Under the pieces are notes generated by a model. The model ran no database searches. It saw nothing but the letters and a program-made list of their open reading frames with translations, and had not been told where the DNA came from. From Myxococcales bacterium (GTDB lineage: Bacteria > Myxococcota_A > Polyangia > Polyangiales > Polyangiaceae), in NCBI GenBank assembly GCA_043747615.1, contig JAYTOU010000035.1:12443-76442 (forward strand): DNA of 64,000 bases, read 5' to 3'. A program made the translations under genes and the position numbers. Positions within the stretch are counted from its first letter, which is position 1. The number at the start of each line of letters is the position of its first letter. Shown here piece after piece: positions 60,975 through 64,000 of this stretch.

Positions 60975-63566
60975 TCAGCCCTTCTTGAAAATGAACTCTT
61001 CCCCTTTGACGTCAACTTGCACGACGCTTCCGTCTGCATAGCCGCCAGCGAGGATTTCTTCAGCCAGCGGATCCTGCAGTTTTTTCAGGATGGCGCGCTT
61101 GAGAGGACGTGCTCCGAAGGCTGGCTCGTAGCCCAGCTCGACCAGGTGCATCTTGGCGCTCTCGGTGAGCTCGAGCTTGAGCTCGCGATCCGCGAGGAGC
61201 TTCTCGAGGCGCCGGAGCTGGATGTCGACGATGCCCCGGAGATCGACCTTGGAGAGCGGGCGAAAAATGATGATGTCGTCTATGCGATTCAAGAACTCCG
61301 GGCGGAGGAAGTTGCGAAGCTCCTCCTGGAGCACGTCTCGCAAGGCGTCGCGGCCGTCGGGTGTCTCGAAGATTTTTAGATCGGTGTCGAGGATGCGCTT
61401 CGAGCCAATGTTGCTGGTCATGATGACGACGGTGTTCGAAAAGTCGGCAGTGCGCCCGCGCCCGTCGGTGAGGCGGCCATCGTCGAGCACCTGGAGGAGA
61501 AGATTGAAGACGTCCTGGTGGGCTTTTTCGACTTCGTCGAAGAGAAGGACACTGTAAGGACGCTTTCGAACGGCTTCGGTGAGAAAACCGCCCTGCTCGC
61601 TGTCGGCATAACCAGGCGGGGCACCGACCAAGCGCTGCGCCATGTGCTTTTCCATGAACTCGCTCATGTCGATGCGGGTCATCGATTGCTCGTCGTCGAA
61701 GAGAAATTCGGCGAGCGCCTTGGCGAGCTCGGTCTTTCCGACGCCGCTCGGCCCGAGAAAGAGGAACGAACCGATGGGCTTTCCCGGATCGCGGAGACCA
61801 ACGCGGCCGCGGCGGGTAGCCCGGGCAACGGCGCGCACCGCTTCGTCCTGCCCCACCACGCGTTTGCTGAGGCGCTCCTCCATCTTGAGGAGCTTCTCGG
61901 CGTCGCTCTCGAGCATCTTCGACACCGGGATCCCGGTCCAGTCGCCGAGAACGAGGGCCACGTCTTCTTCGGTGACCACGTTGGAAGCGGGGGGGACGCC
62001 GTCTTTCTTCACGGCCGCTTCAGCCACGTCGAGTCTGTGTTTCACGTCCGGGATCGTGACGTGCTCGAGCTCACCGAGCCGCGCGAAATTCTGCTTGTCG
62101 CGCGCCTCCGTGAGCTGGGTCTGGAGCTTGTCGTACTCCGCCCGCAGCGATTCGAATGCGGCGACCGCACCGCGACGCGAGTCGAGCTTGGCGCGCATCT
62201 CGAGGACGGCAGGTTCGAGGTCGGCGATCTCTTTGTCGATGCGCGCGCGGGTCTTCGTGCTCATCGCGTCGAGATCGTCGGCGAGCGATTGGCGCTGGGC
62301 CTTCAGCGAAACGAGACGGCGAATGGCGTCGTCGACGCGAGCAGGAACGCCGTCGATTTCGACTCTCTTTCGCGCGGCAGCCTCGTCCAGCAAATCAATG
62401 GCGTTGTCGGGCAGAGCGCGATCCTGGATGTAACGCTTTGCGAGGCGCACGGCAGAGACGATCGCCGGATCGCCGATCTGTACCTTGTGGTGTTCTTCGT
62501 AGCGCGTGGCGATCCCGCGGAGGATTTCGATGGCTTGATCGGGCGTTGCCGGATCAATGGTCAGCATCGTGAAACGCCGCAAAAGCCCGGGATCGCGCTC
62601 TTGGATCTTGCGAAGACCGTCGTTGGTGGTCGACGCGAGGAGGCGCACGTCCCCGCGCGCGAGCATGGGCTTGAGCAGCTCGCCGACGCCGCTCCCCGCA
62701 GCTCCTTGGCCGAGGAGAGAATCGATTCCGTCGATGTAGAGCAGCGTGTCGCGCGAGCCGCCTTTGACGGCGCCGAGCACCTGCTTCAAGCGCTCTTCGA
62801 TCTCGCCTCGCAGCTTTGCGCCCGCGACAAGCGCTCCGGTCTCAAGCTCGAGGATCGACAGATTCACCAGGTTCGCCGGGACTTCGCCCGCGGCGATGCG
62901 CATCGCGAGCGCTCCCACGATGTCGGTCTTTCCGACGCCCGGCTCGCCGACCAGGAGCGGATGATTCTTCTGACGACGCTCGAGGATTTGCATGAGGCGG
63001 CGGACCTCGAGGTCGCGCCCTATCACCGGGTCGTAGCCGTCGCGGCGCGCGCGGGCGATGAGATCCTTGGTGAAGCGTCCAACGCCCTCTTCGGTCGCCC
63101 CTGCTGCGCTGCTCGGATCGCGCGGCACGCTCTTCAGGGCGCTCATGTGCGGACGGAACGAGCCCGGTCCGAGGGCAAACGTTTGGAGGACGATGGCCGC
63201 TGATCCGCGGATCTCCTGAGAGAGCGCATTCAGCAAATGCTCCACGCCGACGGTGCCGCCCGAGGCTTCTTTTTCCGCGCGCCCTAGGAGATCGAGCATC
63301 GAGGTGGAGAGATAGGCGAGACCGCTCCCCGTCTTTCCGATGCGTCCGAGCGCAGCCTCGGCCTCGACCGCGACGTCTGCGGGATCGGCACCAGCCTTGC
63401 GAAACACCTCGGCGACTCCGCGATCGCGATCGATGGCGCGCGTGAGGAGGTGAATCGGTTCGACCTGGGCGTGCTTGCGTTCGTCGGCGAGCGCCTGAGC
63501 TCCGGCGACGAGCGCCTTGGCGTCGGGTGCGTAGCGTTCGAGATGGATGGTTTGTTCGGCGGCCAT
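60975..63566 (-). CDS. clpB: ClpB-like Hsp100 chaperone with degenerate first ATPase domain
   Basis: Clp N-domain, GEPGVGKT, coiled-coil M domain, GPSGVGKTE, FDEVEKAH and GARPLKR. Confidence 0.88.
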   Translation of the reverse strand: MAAEQTIHLERYAPDAKALVAGAQALADERKHAQVEPIHLLTRAIDRDRGVAEVFRKAGADPADVAVEAEAALGRIGKTGSGLAYLSTSMLDLLGRAEKEASGGTVGVEHLLNALSQEIRGSAAIVLQTFALGPGSFRPHMSALKSVPRDPSSAAGATEEGVGRFTKDLIARARRDGYDPVIGRDLEVRRLMQILERRQKNHPLLVGEPGVGKTDIVGALAMRIAAGEVPANLVNLSILELETGALVAGAKLRGEIEERLKQVLGAVKGGSRDTLLYIDGIDSLLGQGAAGSGVGELLKPMLARGDVRLLASTTNDGLRKIQERDPGLLRRFTMLTIDPATPDQAIEILRGIATRYEEHHKVQIGDPAIVSAVRLAKRYIQDRALPDNAIDLLDEAAARKRVEIDGVPARVDDAIRRLVSLKAQRQSLADDLDAMSTKTRARIDKEIADLEPAVLEMRAKLDSRRGAVAAFESLRAEYDKLQTQLTEARDKQNFARLGELEHVTIPDVKHRLDVAEAAVKKDGVPPASNVVTEEDVALVLGDWTGIPVSKMLESDAEKLLKMEERLSKRVVGQDEAVRAVARATRRGRVGLRDPGKPIGSFLFLGPSGVGKTELAKALAEFLFDDEQSMTRIDMSEFMEKHMAQRLVGAPPGYADSEQGGFLTEAVRKRPYSVLLFDEVEKAHQDVFNLLLQVLDDGRLTDGRGRTADFSNTVVIMTSNIGSKRILDTDLKIFETPDGRDALRDVLQEELRNFLRPEFLNRIDDIIIFRPLSKVDLRGIVDIQLRRLEKLLADRELKLELTESAKMHLVELGYEPAFGARPLKRAILKKLQDPLAEEILAGGYADGSVVQVDVKGEEFIFKKG

Positions 63567-63613
63567 GGGCCGATGCAACGTAGCACCCAACCACAAAGTG
63601 GTTACGCTCATCC

Positions 63614-63871
63614 ATGATGCAAAGCGTCCGAGTTTACACCACCGATTCCTGCGGTTACTGCGTCCAGGCCAAAAATCTCCTCAAGAAGCGTCAGATTACC
63701 TTCGAAGAGATCAACGTTCAGAACGACCACGACAAGCGCGCATGGCTGGTCAAGGTCACCGGTCGCCGCACCGTCCCCCAGATTTTCATCGGCGACGATC
63801 CCATCGGAGGGTCCGACGAGCTTCACGCTATGGACAAATCCGGCGAGCTTGCCAAGCGCCTGAACGGTTAG
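63614..63871 (+). CDS. grxC: Glutaredoxin 3
   Basis: CGYC, TVPQIFI and IGG.D motifs. Confidence 0.93.
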   Translation: MMQSVRVYTTDSCGYCVQAKNLLKKRQITFEEINVQNDHDKRAWLVKVTGRRTVPQIFIGDDPIGGSDELHAMDKSGELAKRLNG

Positions 63872-63905
63872 CCCCCCGCGGGAGGCGACCAGAGCCGCGG
63901 GCGAC

Positions 63906-64000
63906 TAGTGCCTCGGTTCCATTGAGCTGACGGGTTTCGCTTTCCATCGACGCGTGAACATGTTCCATGTTTGGGCATGAGAAAGCGCTACATCGTCAAC
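63906..64000 (+). mobile_element. Probable left end of an IS630-family insertion sequence (truncated by window)
   Basis: CTAGTGCC...TGACGG terminus with TA; ORF from ATG 63977 reads MRKRYIVN, like IS630 HTH starts (KRY.V.L); only 8 codons visible. Confidence 0.5.

Noticed and set aside
60975..63566. T6SS ClpV assignment
   Set aside because: No T6SS genes are nearby, and it has a ClpB-type M domain.

Overview
High-GC window, most likely from a myxobacterium (Myxococcota, probably Polyangiales). The evidence is a MYXO-CTERM protein, an MXAN_5187 C-terminal domain protein, Cys-rich VWA lipoproteins and a Ser/Thr kinase-ATPase-TPR protein. It is densely coding, with about 55 CDS. Housekeeping genes are dnaA, cysS, miaE, folE-like, pdxH, asd, aroF, lgt, tsaE, suhB, mpl, clpB-like and grxC, mixed with many secreted proteins and lipoproteins. 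I found no rRNA, tRNA or CRISPR array. A probable IS630 left end lies at the right edge. Most notable observations: (1) a 985-codon lipoprotein whose alpha/beta-hydrolase domain looks circularly permuted; (2) a translationally coupled operon of DAHP synthase, PaaK-like ligase, SufS-like enzyme, a secreted protein and a MYXO-CTERM lytic transglycosylase; (3) a YfiR-like protein divergent from a membrane-bound CheA-like kinase that lacks CheW, plus a receiver protein; (4) repeated bidirectional -10 promoters overlapping at TA, with leaderless starts; (5) motif-degenerate homologs of ClpB, FolE, CysRS and an M3 peptidase; (6) dnaA without dnaN. All family calls come from motif recognition by eye, not from database searches. 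Refined start codons are my inference.
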